Source: Chloroflexota bacterium (GTDB lineage: Bacteria; Chloroflexota; Dehalococcoidia; Lucifugimonadales; Lucifugimonadaceae). From it: a stretch of DNA of 56,161 nucleotides. Both the position numbers and the translations under genes were made by a program. Below are positions 28,327 through 36,960 of this stretch, piece by piece. The stretch lies in the NCBI GenBank assembly GCA_027623795.1, contig JAQBUX010000001.1, positions 1-56,161 on the forward strand, given 5' to 3'. Position 1 is the stretch's first letter. Every line of letters starts with the position of its first letter. The notes under the pieces are model-generated. The model was not told the origin of the DNA and made no database searches. It worked only from the letters and a program-made list of their open reading frames with translations.

Positions 28327-29115
28327 GTGGCAAACCTCCTCGCCGTCGACGTCGGCAACTCCAACGTGACACTGGGCGTCTTCGAAGGCGACCGCCTGGT
28401 CGCGACGTGGCGGTTCGCGACCGACGTCCGGCGCACGGCGGACGAACACAACCTGCTGCTTCAGGGATTGCTTAGATCAAAAGGTGTGGACCCGGCCAGC
28501 CTCCCCGCGGCGGTCATGTGCTCGGTCGTACCGCCGCTTACGGGCGCTATCGAGACGGCGCTGGAGGCGTTGCTTGGCGTCGCCCCGATGGTGGTCGGGC
28601 CCGGGACGCGCACCGGCATCAAGGTCAACTACAACAGGCCGCAGGATGTGGGCACAGATCGGATCGCGGACGCCGTAGCCGCATTTCGTATGTACGGCGG
28701 GCCGTGCATCCTCGTGGATCTGGGAACCGCCACGGTGTTTGACGCCATCAGCGCGGACGCGGAATATCTCGGCGGTGCGATCGCCCCCGGCATGACGCTC
28801 GCCGCCGAGGCGCTATATCAGGGCACATCGCAACTGAGACGGGTCGATCTTCAGGCCCCTGAATTCGCTATCGGTCGCAACACCACGGACGCGATGCGGT
28901 CCGGTCTTGTGTTCGGATACGTGGGACTTGTCGAGGGAATGGTCCGGCGATTCGCCGCCGAGTTAAGCCCGGACGATCCTTCCGCGTGCAAGGTCATCGG
29001 CACCGGCGGGCTGGCGCGCATCGTAGCTGCGCAGTCAGACGTTTTCCAGGACGTGAACGAAGACCTGACGCTGATAGGTCTCCGCATCCTCCACGAACTG
29101 AACGGCGGAGACTAG
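28327..29115 (+). CDS. coaX: Type III pantothenate kinase
   Basis: Contains LLAVDVGNSNVTLGVF, DRIADAVAA, VDLGTATVFD and GTGGLA. Confidence 0.9.
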   Translation: MANLLAVDVGNSNVTLGVFEGDRLVATWRFATDVRRTADEHNLLLQGLLRSKGVDPASLPAAVMCSVVPPLTGAIETALEALLGVAPMVVGPGTRTGIKVNYNRPQDVGTDRIADAVAAFRMYGGPCILVDLGTATVFDAISADAEYLGGAIAPGMTLAAEALYQGTSQLRRVDLQAPEFAIGRNTTDAMRSGLVFGYVGLVEGMVRRFAAELSPDDPSACKVIGTGGLARIVAAQSDVFQDVNEDLTLIGLRILHELNGGD

Positions 29116-29118
29116 CCG

Positions 29119-30318
29119 ATGCCGACAATTCTGGGCGGCAAGTCGATCGTCCTCGGGGTGACCGGGAGTATTGCGGCGTTCAAGGCCGCCGACCTGGCCA
29201 GCAAGCTCACGCAGGCCGGGGCGATGGTCGACGTCGTTCTGACGAGCTCCGCCCGGGAGTTCGTGGGCGTCGCGACCTTTGCGGGCCTCACGCACCGACC
29301 GGTTTCTGTTGGCCTCTATCAATCGAATTCAGAGTTGGGGATCGACCACGTCGCCCTGGCCCGGCGAGCCGATCTGGTTTTGATCGCGCCCGCGACGGCA
29401 AACACCATCGCCCGCCTCGCCCACGGCGTGACGGACGATGTACTCACCGCCACGGTGCTGGCCGGATCACAGCCCCTTGTGATCGCACCTGCGATGGACG
29501 CCGACATGTTCGAGAACCCGGCGACGCAGGCGAATGTGGAGACCCTGATTGCCCGGGGGGTCCATTTCGTCGGCCCCGAGTCGGGCCGGCTGGCGTCGGG
29601 ACTCGTCGGTCGGGGCAGGATGACGGAAGTGCCCGAGATCATGGATCACGTCCGGGCGGTTCTTGGCCATCACGGAGACCTCGCAGGCCGCCGGGTCGTG
29701 GTATCCGCCGGCGGCACCGAGGAGGCCATAGACCCGGTCAGGGTGTTGACCAATCGCTCCACCGGCAAGATGGGGTACGCCATCGCCGAGGCGGCCCGGG
29801 ACCGCGGCGCCGATGTGACCCTGATCTCAGCGCCAACCTCGCTACGATCCCCGGCCTGTGTAACATTTGTGAAGGTCAACTCAGCGCTCGACATGCGAGA
29901 CGCCGTCCACGAGATCGTCGCCGATTCAGACCTACTGATCATGGCGGCGGCGGTCAGCGACTACCGGCCGGCCTCGCCCACCGACCACAAGATCAAGAAA
30001 TCGGGCGACGAGTCGCTTAACATCGAACTGATCCAGAACCCGGACATAATCGCCGGCGCCAGCGGGGCGCGGCTCGTCAAGGTCGCGTTCGCCGCCGAGA
30101 CCAGGGATGTCGTCGAGAACGCCGGCGCGAAGCTAGTCTCAAAGGGTGTCGCCATGGTCGTCGCGAACGACGTATCGGCGGAGCACTCAGGGTTCGGGAC
30201 GGACACGAATGCCGTTACATTTGTATACCCGGACCGCAAGCCGGAGCATATGCCCTTGATGGACAAGTTTGACGTCGGCAACGCCCTGCTGGACAGGGTT
30301 CTGCCGCTTCTCAAGTAG
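29119..30318 (+). CDS. coaBC: Bifunctional phosphopantothenoylcysteine decarboxylase / phosphopantothenate-cysteine ligase
   Basis: 399 aa. Flavoprotein domain (LGVTGSIAAFKA...PAMDADM) plus DFP ligase domain (ISNRSTGKMGYAIAE-like NRSTGKMGYAIAEAA). Confidence 0.9.
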   Translation: MPTILGGKSIVLGVTGSIAAFKAADLASKLTQAGAMVDVVLTSSAREFVGVATFAGLTHRPVSVGLYQSNSELGIDHVALARRADLVLIAPATANTIARLAHGVTDDVLTATVLAGSQPLVIAPAMDADMFENPATQANVETLIARGVHFVGPESGRLASGLVGRGRMTEVPEIMDHVRAVLGHHGDLAGRRVVVSAGGTEEAIDPVRVLTNRSTGKMGYAIAEAARDRGADVTLISAPTSLRSPACVTFVKVNSALDMRDAVHEIVADSDLLIMAAAVSDYRPASPTDHKIKKSGDESLNIELIQNPDIIAGASGARLVKVAFAAETRDVVENAGAKLVSKGVAMVVANDVSAEHSGFGTDTNAVTFVYPDRKPEHMPLMDKFDVGNALLDRVLPLLK

Positions 30319-30357
30319 CCCCCAAAACCAACGAAAATCGCCGGAGGCGCCGACTCA

Positions 30358-30624
30358 ATGCGGATGTACTGGAAAGATCACCCCAAGGGTCTCGACCTGA
30401 CCCTTCTGACGGATCAAGGCGAGGAGATCAACCTGGGCGGCGTTCGCTCTATGAAACGTGGGATCCAGGCGATTGCCGTCACCCAGGGGTACGATCCCGG
30501 CCGCGCCGTGAAGGGTCTCTCAACTCTGGACGAAGGTAAAGAGTTCGTGCTCCAGTTCCAGCCCTGGCGCGAGTTCGTGCCGGACGACCTGGAGGTCGAA
30601 CCCGAAATCGTGAAGGCAGAGTGA
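30358..30624 (+). CDS. Hypothetical small protein (88 aa)
   Basis: Balanced composition. GGAGG lies about 10 nt upstream of the ATG. No family recognised. Confidence 0.4.
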   Translation: MRMYWKDHPKGLDLTLLTDQGEEINLGGVRSMKRGIQAIAVTQGYDPGRAVKGLSTLDEGKEFVLQFQPWREFVPDDLEVEPEIVKAE

Positions 30625-30656
30625 ACAGGACCGCTGGTTAGAAGGCCTTCGGAAGT

Positions 30657-30692
30657 CCCCTCTCCCGGTGGGAGAGGGCTAGGGTGAGGGAG
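30657..30692 (+). repeat. REP-like element, family B (CCCCTCTCCCGGTGGGAGAGGGCTAGGGTGAGGGAG)
   Basis: Hairpin CTCTCCC/GGGAGAG plus a GGGTGAGGG tail. An inverted near-copy is at 34854..34886. Confidence 0.7.
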
Positions 30693-30741
30693 AAGGCCCG
30701 ATCTTTGATCGGCCTCCCGTCCGGCGCAAGGAGAATCCTCT

Positions 30742-31929
30742 TTGGCTTACACAGCGATCAAGTCCTGGCTCGATACCGAACTTGACGAGATCCGATCTAC
30801 CGGCCTTTTCAAAGAAGAGCAGGTAATCGAAACGCCACAGGGCGCCCGGGTCACGACCTCCGCAGGGCCGCGTATCAACTTCTGCGCTAACAATTACCTT
30901 GGCCTCGCAGACCACCCGGAGATTCTTGAAGCCGTAACCGCGGGTCTTCAGACACACGGCTACGGGATGGCGTCCGTTCGCTTCATCTGTGGCACGCAGG
31001 ACATCCATAAAGAGTTGGAAGCGCGCGTAAGCCGATTCCTGGGCACCGAGGATACGATCCTTTACGGCTCATGTTTTGACGCCAACACGGGGCTTTTCGA
31101 GACGCTTCTTGGCCGTGAAGACGCCGTGATCAGCGATGAGCTGAACCACGCCTCGATAATCGACGGCATCCGCCTGTGCCGTGCGGACCGGAAGCGCTAC
31201 CTGCACAGTGACATGGCGGACCTCGAGGCGAAGCTAAAAGAGACTGCCGACGCCCGATTCCGGCTGATCGCCACCGACGGCATTTTCAGCATGCAGGGCG
31301 ACATTGCGAAGTTGAAAGAGATTTGTGACCTCGCGGACCGCTACGACGCGATGGTGATGGTCGACGATTCGCACGCCACCGGGTTCGTCGGCCCGGGCGG
31401 TCGCGGAACGCCCGCAGAGTGCGGCGTAGAAGACAGGGTGGACATCATCACCAGCACGCTCGGAAAGGCGCTCGGGGGTGCATCCGGCGGGTTCACGACC
31501 GGGCACGCCGAGATCGTGGCCTACCTCCGCCAGCGGTCTCGTCCCTACCTGTTCTCGAACACCCTCCCTCCGCTGGTCGTGACGGGCGCGTTAAAGGCCC
31601 TGGAACTGGTCGAGGGCAAACCGGAGCTACGCGAAAAGCTCTGGGACAACACCCGCTACTTCCGCGAGCGCATGACGGCGTTCGGGTTCGAGTTGATACC
31701 GGGCGATCACCCGATCGTCCCCGTGATGCTCCGTGACGAGATCAAGACGGTGGAGATGGCGGCGGCGATGAACCGGCGCGGCATCCTCGTGGTCGGCTTC
31801 AGCTATCCGGTTGTTCCGCGTGGCGAGGCCCGGATACGGGTCCAGATGTCCTCCGCACACGATCGTGCGGAGCTGGACGAGGCCCTGGAGGCCTTCAAGG
31901 ACGTCGGCGCTGAGCTGAGCGTGATTTGA
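30742..31929 (+). CDS. kbl: Glycine C-acetyltransferase (2-amino-3-ketobutyrate CoA ligase)
   Basis: 395 aa. Contains [36 protein letters not shown] and [14 protein letters not shown] (PLP-Lys). AAGGAG precedes the TTG start. Confidence 0.9.
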   Translation: MAYTAIKSWLDTELDEIRSTGLFKEEQVIETPQGARVTTSAGPRINFCANNYLGLADHPEILEAVTAGLQTHGYGMASVRFICGTQDIHKELEARVSRFLGTEDTILYGSCFDANTGLFETLLGREDAVISDELNHASIIDGIRLCRADRKRYLHSDMADLEAKLKETADARFRLIATDGIFSMQGDIAKLKEICDLADRYDAMVMVDDSHATGFVGPGGRGTPAECGVEDRVDIITSTLGKALGGASGGFTTGHAEIVAYLRQRSRPYLFSNTLPPLVVTGALKALELVEGKPELREKLWDNTRYFRERMTAFGFELIPGDHPIVPVMLRDEIKTVEMAAAMNRRGILVVGFSYPVVPRGEARIRVQMSSAHDRAELDEALEAFKDVGAELSVI

Positions 31930-32729
31930 CCTCACCAACACGCGCGTTCGACCCATCTCGACTTCCTGCGCCGATTCCAGATGAGCTTGCGGGCAGGACC
32001 GCCATCGTCACCGGAGCGGGCCGTGGCATGGGGCGCGCCGTCGCTCAACGCCTGTCCGCCGCGGGCGCTTCCGTCGTGGTCAACGACCTGTCGGCAGACG
32101 CGGCGGACGCGACGGCGTCCGAGTTGCGGAACACAGGCGGTCGCGCTATCGCGGTCGGCGGCAATGTGACGGACGCGTCCGACGTATCGGCGCTTGTACA
32201 GAGAGCCGTATCGGAGTTTGGAGCCGTCCACATCCTTGTGAACGCGGCCGGCGTCCTGCGCCGTACTGCGGTCTTCGATATGGCAGAGGACGAGTGGGAC
32301 TTTGTTATCGCCGTCAACCTGAAGGGCACCTTCCTGCCCTCCCGCGCAGTGCTTCCGTCGATGCGAGAGGCGGGCTGGGGCCGAATCGTCAACTTTTCGT
32401 CCACCGCCGGCAAGACCACCAGCACGCTCGGCAGCGCCGCATACACGGCCTCAAAGCACGCAGTGCTCGGATTAACGCGTCACCTTGCGATGGAGGAGGC
32501 GTCGCACGGGATCACCGTCAACGCCGTCTGCCCGGGGCTGATCGACACAGAGATGGTGCAGGACGAGATCGACGACGAGCGAAAAGCGCGCTACGCCAGC
32601 AGCTTCCCGATCTCTCGGCTCGGTGAACCGTCAGAGGTCGCCGAGCTAGTCGCCTTCCTGGCATCCAACCGCGCCGCCTACATCACAGGCGCCGCGCTAG
32701 ACATCAGCGGCGGAGACCTGATGGTTTAG
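31926..32729 (+). CDS. Classical short-chain dehydrogenase/reductase (FabG-like SDR)
   Basis: Contains [15 protein letters not shown]-x12-YTASKHAV and PGLIDTEM. The TTG start overlaps the kbl TGA (TTGA). Confidence 0.85.
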   Translation: MTSPTRAFDPSRLPAPIPDELAGRTAIVTGAGRGMGRAVAQRLSAAGASVVVNDLSADAADATASELRNTGGRAIAVGGNVTDASDVSALVQRAVSEFGAVHILVNAAGVLRRTAVFDMAEDEWDFVIAVNLKGTFLPSRAVLPSMREAGWGRIVNFSSTAGKTTSTLGSAAYTASKHAVLGLTRHLAMEEASHGITVNAVCPGLIDTEMVQDEIDDERKARYASSFPISRLGEPSEVAELVAFLASNRAAYITGAALDISGGDLMV

Positions 32730-32854
32730 GGGGGGCATTCAAAACGGCGCAGGCATAACCAATGCGACCCAGAACGGATATGCTTCTTGTGTTAATAAGC
32801 AAAATGTGTTTTGTTTGGCCTATAACTCACCTAATAAAGGTCAAGGAGGCCCGG

Positions 32855-33025
32855 ATGTCCCCGATTCGTTTATTGCCGAACGGAGCAATTGAAACTGATT
32901 CAGTATCAGAATTCGATGCCGTCTACAAGATTGTTAAAGCAGTAGATAAGTGCCCGCTTCAAAACCACTTGAATGAAGAATTGAGTGACGTAGAAGTGTT
33001 TGTGAACTCATTCCCGGAAATGTAG
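32855..33025 (+). CDS. Small ORF (56 aa) in a low-GC islet; possibly the 5' part of a TAG-interrupted gene
   Basis: AAGGAGG (32843-32849) lies 5 nt before the ATG. Hand-counted GC is about 42% over 32761-33000. Same frame as 33044..33316. Confidence 0.4.
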   Translation: MSPIRLLPNGAIETDSVSEFDAVYKIVKAVDKCPLQNHLNEELSDVEVFVNSFPEM

Positions 33026-33043
33026 CTCAAGTTAAAAAGCTCA

Positions 33044-33316
33044 GTGAGAAGCGTAATTATTCACTTGGCAAGCGGTTCCGGCCGAGCGACCGATCAAGAA
33101 CTGAAATCGATATTGGGTTACACCCGGCCGGGCAATGCCCAATTGGCTGGAACCCTCCAAACCATCGGCAAGGTCGCGACGGCTGCTGGATTTCGATACA
33201 CCGACGTCATCATCAAGAAATTGGCTGATTCTTCGGAGCAACAATCGGGTTCCAAGTACAGCTTCGAATTGACGGCCCAGGCGAAACGAGCGATCAGGGA
33301 ACACGGATTGGCGTGA
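33044..33316 (+). CDS. Small ORF (90 aa), winged-helix-like; possibly the 3' part of a TAG-interrupted gene
   Basis: Protein-like composition (…ATDQELKSILGYTRPGNAQLAGTLQTIGKVATAAGF…SKYSFELT…). No SD before the GTG. In frame with 32855..33025, separated by TAG plus 6 sense codons. Confidence 0.4.
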   Translation: MRSVIIHLASGSGRATDQELKSILGYTRPGNAQLAGTLQTIGKVATAAGFRYTDVIIKKLADSSEQQSGSKYSFELTAQAKRAIREHGLA

Positions 33317-33321
33317 ATCGC

Positions 33322-33353
33322 GCCGAGCCGCCGGTTTCGACCGCCGGCTCGGC
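33322..33353 (+). terminator. GC-rich stem-loop after the islet ORF (no U-tract)
   Basis: GCCGAGCCGCCGG / CCGCCGGCTCGGC, 13 bp with one mismatch, loop TTTCGA. Starts 6 nt after the TGA of 33044..33316. Confidence 0.35.
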
Positions 33354-33594
33354 CATCGCCTTGCGGTGTAAACACCTGGAAATCCGGATCATGGACGCGC
33401 AATTTCGTCTCACACGTCGTGTCATCAGCAGCTGGAATACTGTGAAATCGTCTTGGACCAACCGAATCCGCGGATTCAGGTCGTCACGAAATCACTCGGC
33501 CGGGTCCAAGACTGCCCGCCAGGCATACTTCCATGGCGCGTAGTACCCCGGCGTCGACGACCAGAAGCAGAATCGATCGGAGTGCAATCCACCC

Positions 33595-34761
33595 GTGAAG
33601 ATAAAATCGATCAGGGTCATCCCACTCGGTTACCAGAAGGACTTTCCCGTCCTGAGCCGGGCATTCTCGCTGGTCCGCGTCGAGACCGATTCCGGCATCG
33701 TCGGCTACGGAGAAGGTTCGACCTCCTACGGCCACTTCTACCCCACGGTCATGAAGACGATCGTCGACGACATCCTGGCGCCGGTCCTCATCGGCAAGGA
33801 CCCGCTGGAAGTGCGACCTCGCACCAGGGAGATGCAGCGCTATCTCAACCCGTGGCTCGGGGTCGACGGCATCTGCGCGCAGGTGATCGGCGCGGTGGAG
33901 ACCGCATTGTGGGACATCCTCGGGAAGGAGATGGACGTCCCAATTCATGCGCTTCTCGGCGACAAGGTCGTGGACGCAATCCCGCTGTACATGACAGGGA
34001 GCACATTCCCGGAAAAGGACGCCGCGTGGCACGGCCAGTTTTTCGACTCAGCGCTCGAGCTTGGATTCGTCGGCGTGAAAACGCGCATCGCCTCGGGCGC
34101 TGACAAAGACATGGCGCAGGTAGAGGGGGTCAGGGAGCACATCGGCCCGGACGTGAAGCTCATGGTCGACGCCTACTGCAACTACGGCGTCGAGTCCGCC
34201 ATCAGGATCGCGAAGCATATGGGTGACCTTGACGTGTTCTGGTTCGAGGAGCCGATCCCGCAGACCTGGATCAAGGGGCTCGCGAGGCTGTGCGACAAGT
34301 CCCCTGTGTCGATCGCGGTCGGCGAGCGGGTGTACTCGCTACATGGCTTTGAGTTGCTGGCCGACTACCGTGCGGCAAACTACTGGCAGCCCGATGTGAC
34401 GGTCTGCGGCGGGTTCCTGGAGTGCCTTCAGGTGGTTGGCCTTGCGAAGGCGAACGACATCCGGGTGTTCCCCCACATCGGAGGACTCACAGCCGTCGGA
34501 CAGGCGGCCAACATGCACTTCGCATCGCTGGTCGACGAGGTGATCTTGGAGTACGACGGCTCCGAGTATCAGCCTTTACGCGACGACATCCTCAAGGACC
34601 CGATCTTCGATCTGGCTCACGTCAAGGACGGCAAGCTGCCCATCCCGGACGGGCCCGGACTGGGGATCGAGATCGACGAGTCGAAGTTTGAGGACTACCC
34701 CTACGTGCCCGGCAACATCTACCCGGACATCTACCCCCAACTCGGGTCAGGCACGTTATAG
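33595..34761 (+). CDS. Enolase-superfamily enzyme (mandelate racemase/muconate lactonizing family; sugar-acid dehydratase-like)
   Basis: 388 aa. Contains LMVDAYCNY, FWFEEP and IAVGERV (metal-ligand D/E/E pattern). GTG start. Confidence 0.85.
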   Translation: MKIKSIRVIPLGYQKDFPVLSRAFSLVRVETDSGIVGYGEGSTSYGHFYPTVMKTIVDDILAPVLIGKDPLEVRPRTREMQRYLNPWLGVDGICAQVIGAVETALWDILGKEMDVPIHALLGDKVVDAIPLYMTGSTFPEKDAAWHGQFFDSALELGFVGVKTRIASGADKDMAQVEGVREHIGPDVKLMVDAYCNYGVESAIRIAKHMGDLDVFWFEEPIPQTWIKGLARLCDKSPVSIAVGERVYSLHGFELLADYRAANYWQPDVTVCGGFLECLQVVGLAKANDIRVFPHIGGLTAVGQAANMHFASLVDEVILEYDGSEYQPLRDDILKDPIFDLAHVKDGKLPIPDGPGLGIEIDESKFEDYPYVPGNIYPDIYPQLGSGTL

Positions 34762-34853
34762 GGGGTTGGGGTGGCCGCTGTTCACGCTCGTGGGCGGTCT
34801 GGCACCGATGATTCCGGACCCGAGATGAGGCAGAATCCCCATTCGAGACTTGT

Positions 34854-34886
34854 CCCTCACCCTGACCCTCTCCCGCCGGGAGACGG
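34854..34886 (-). repeat. REP-like element, family B, inverted copy
   Basis: The reverse complement CCCGTCTCCCGGCGGGAGAGGGTCAGGGTGAGGG closely matches 30657..30692. Confidence 0.7.
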
Positions 34887-34914
34887 GACTCTTGAGACGG
34901 CTTCCAGCGGGCGC

Positions 34915-34940
34915 GTGATTCCCGACCACTCGGGAATCAC
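34915..34940 (+). repeat. REP-like hairpin related to family A (GTGATTCCCGACCACTCGGGAATCAC)
   Basis: Perfect 11-bp stem with a 4-nt loop. Shares the ATTCCCGA/TCGGGAAT core with 2378..2406. Confidence 0.7.
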
Positions 34941-34979
34941 GGAGTGGCGGGATTCGACGGCCGGGAACGGGAGGACCAT

Positions 34980-36029
34980 ATGAGCGGTACCCTGCCTGGC
35001 GACGACTCAAACATCGCCGACTGGTGTCGCCGCCTTCCGAAGGTTGAGCTACATCTGCATCTTGAGGGCGCCATCCCGATCGGCGCGTTGTGGGAGCTCA
35101 TCCAGAAGTACGGCGGCGATCCGCGTGTTCAAGACGAAGCCGCGTTGCGTGAGTACTTCAAGTTCAGGGATTTCCCCCACTTCATCGAGTTGTGGGTCTG
35201 GAAGAACAAGTTTCTCAGGGAGTACGAGGACTTCACGTTCTTCAGCGCCGCCATCGGAAGAGCGTTTGAGGCCGAGAACATCCAGTACGTCGAGGCGTTC
35301 CTCTCGCCCGGAAGATTCAAACCGGACGGCCTCGAAACGGGCCGCCTGATCGAGGCGGTGCGCGCTGGACTCGACAGCGTGCCCGGCATCGAAGTCGCGC
35401 TTGTGCCCGACCTCGTCCGTGATCTCGGCTCCGAGTCTGGCGCCGAGGTTCTCGACGAGGTGTCAGAGTTACGTTCGCTCGGCGTCGTCGGGATTGGCAT
35501 GGGCGGGTCGGAGCACCTCTACCCGCCCGAGCAGTATCGTGAGGTATTCCTCCGTGCGAAGGCGATGGGACTTCGCACGACGGTCCACGCCGGGGAGGCC
35601 GCGGGACCCGAGAGCGTCTGGGGCGCGATTCGGGCGCTGGACGTGGACCGGATCGGGCACGGAACACGCGCCGTTGAGGACCCGGGACTGATGGGTCGGC
35701 TTGCGGACAGCCAGTTGCCGATCGAGATGTGCCCGCTGTCTAACGTCGCGACCGGGGTGGTCGAGTCCGTTGCGGCGCATCCGATCCGGCAGTTCTTCGA
35801 TCAGGGTTTGATGGTGTCGGTGAACTCGGACGACCCGGCGATGTTCGGGCACTCATTGAGCGACGACTACGAGGCGCTGATCCGGGAACTTGCGTTTAGC
35901 CCGGACGAGGCCCGCCGGCTCATCCTGAACGGTATCGAGTCGTCGTGGTTGAGTCCGGTGGCAAAGACCGGATTGCGATCGGCCTTTGCCCGGGAGCCGG
36001 CGTGGTCAGAGAACCCCGCCAGTCAGTGA
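34980..36029 (+). CDS. add: Adenosine deaminase
   Basis: Contains LPKVELHLHLEG, TVHAGE and SVNSDDPAMFG. GGGAGG precedes the ATG at 34980. The ORF-track start at 34944 is not needed. Confidence 0.9.
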   Translation: MSGTLPGDDSNIADWCRRLPKVELHLHLEGAIPIGALWELIQKYGGDPRVQDEAALREYFKFRDFPHFIELWVWKNKFLREYEDFTFFSAAIGRAFEAENIQYVEAFLSPGRFKPDGLETGRLIEAVRAGLDSVPGIEVALVPDLVRDLGSESGAEVLDEVSELRSLGVVGIGMGGSEHLYPPEQYREVFLRAKAMGLRTTVHAGEAAGPESVWGAIRALDVDRIGHGTRAVEDPGLMGRLADSQLPIEMCPLSNVATGVVESVAAHPIRQFFDQGLMVSVNSDDPAMFGHSLSDDYEALIRELAFSPDEARRLILNGIESSWLSPVAKTGLRSAFAREPAWSENPASQ

Positions 36030-36245
36030 CGGACGGCGAGATTCGCAGCGACCTGAATACTGGGATCGGAAATGTTCTGAGACGCGACCCGGGAATAGCC
36101 CTTCACCGGTTCGCAATACCGATCTCGTGCGCATTTCGACAACCTCGTGAACTTCATCACTTCTTGACAATCTGTCGTTAGGTTGAGTCCTGAGAGATGC
36201 GATCGCGGTCGCCGGCCAACACTTTGCGCGGGTCAGGAGAAGCAT

Positions 36246-36857
36246 TTGAACAAACGAGTTGCGTTACCCCTGGTTGCCGTTGCGGCCGTCTTCACGTTGG
36301 TAGGAGGGGCCGCCGTGGCGAGCGCCGATCATCGAGATTCCGGTGCGCGCACTGGCTTTATCGACCGGATGGCCGAGATTCTCGGGCTTGCGCCTGAAGA
36401 GGTCTCATCCGCCATGTCGCAGGCCCATGACGAAGCGCGCGCCGAAAGAATGGCAACAAACCTTGCCGAAGCGGTCGAGGCCAACGTGATAACTCAGGAC
36501 GAGTCGGACGCGATCAGCGACTGGTTCGGCGGCCGGCCTGAAGCGCTCAAATCCATGCGGCATCACGGGCTGCGTTCAGCGGTTCAAGCCGGAGAGGTCG
36601 AGGCTTTTCTTGCCGATCTGGTCGGACAGGAGTTGATCACCCAGGTCGAGTCAGACGAAATCTCTGACTGGCTGGCGATCCGTCCGGCCTCCATCGACTC
36701 GTTCCGCGAGTGGCGCATGGAACAGTTCAACGCCGAAGGCCACCGAGACCACCGGGGCCACCAGAGTTCGGGTCGAGGCGGGCACGGCCGATTTGGTTTC
36801 CACAATCACGGTGGCGGTGAATCGGTCGTCCCGGGCGTGGTTTCGGACCCGGTGTAA
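36246..36857 (+). CDS. Hypothetical secreted protein with an internal repeat and His/Gly-rich C-terminus
   Basis: AGGAGA lies 5 nt before the TTG at 36246. Signal peptide LNKRVALPLVAVAAVFTLVGGAAVASA. The repeat ITQ-ESD-ISDW occurs twice. Tail HRDHRGHQSSGRGGHGRFGFHNHGGG. Confidence 0.5.
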   Translation: MNKRVALPLVAVAAVFTLVGGAAVASADHRDSGARTGFIDRMAEILGLAPEEVSSAMSQAHDEARAERMATNLAEAVEANVITQDESDAISDWFGGRPEALKSMRHHGLRSAVQAGEVEAFLADLVGQELITQVESDEISDWLAIRPASIDSFREWRMEQFNAEGHRDHRGHQSSGRGGHGRFGFHNHGGGESVVPGVVSDPV

Positions 36858-36878
36858 CCGGTCACAACAAGCGGATTC

Positions 36879-36915
36879 AAAAAGGCTGCGACGTTCCTTC
36901 CGTCGCAGCCTTTTT
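36879..36915. terminator. Bidirectional intrinsic terminator between convergent genes
   Basis: AAAAAGGCTGCGACG-ttccttc-CGTCGCAGCCTTTTTT: a 10-bp GC stem flanked by an A-run and a T-run. Confidence 0.75.
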
Positions 36916-36960
36916 TCTTCAGGCCCGTCCCTGACCGGCTTCACCGCCCGGTTCGCAGCG

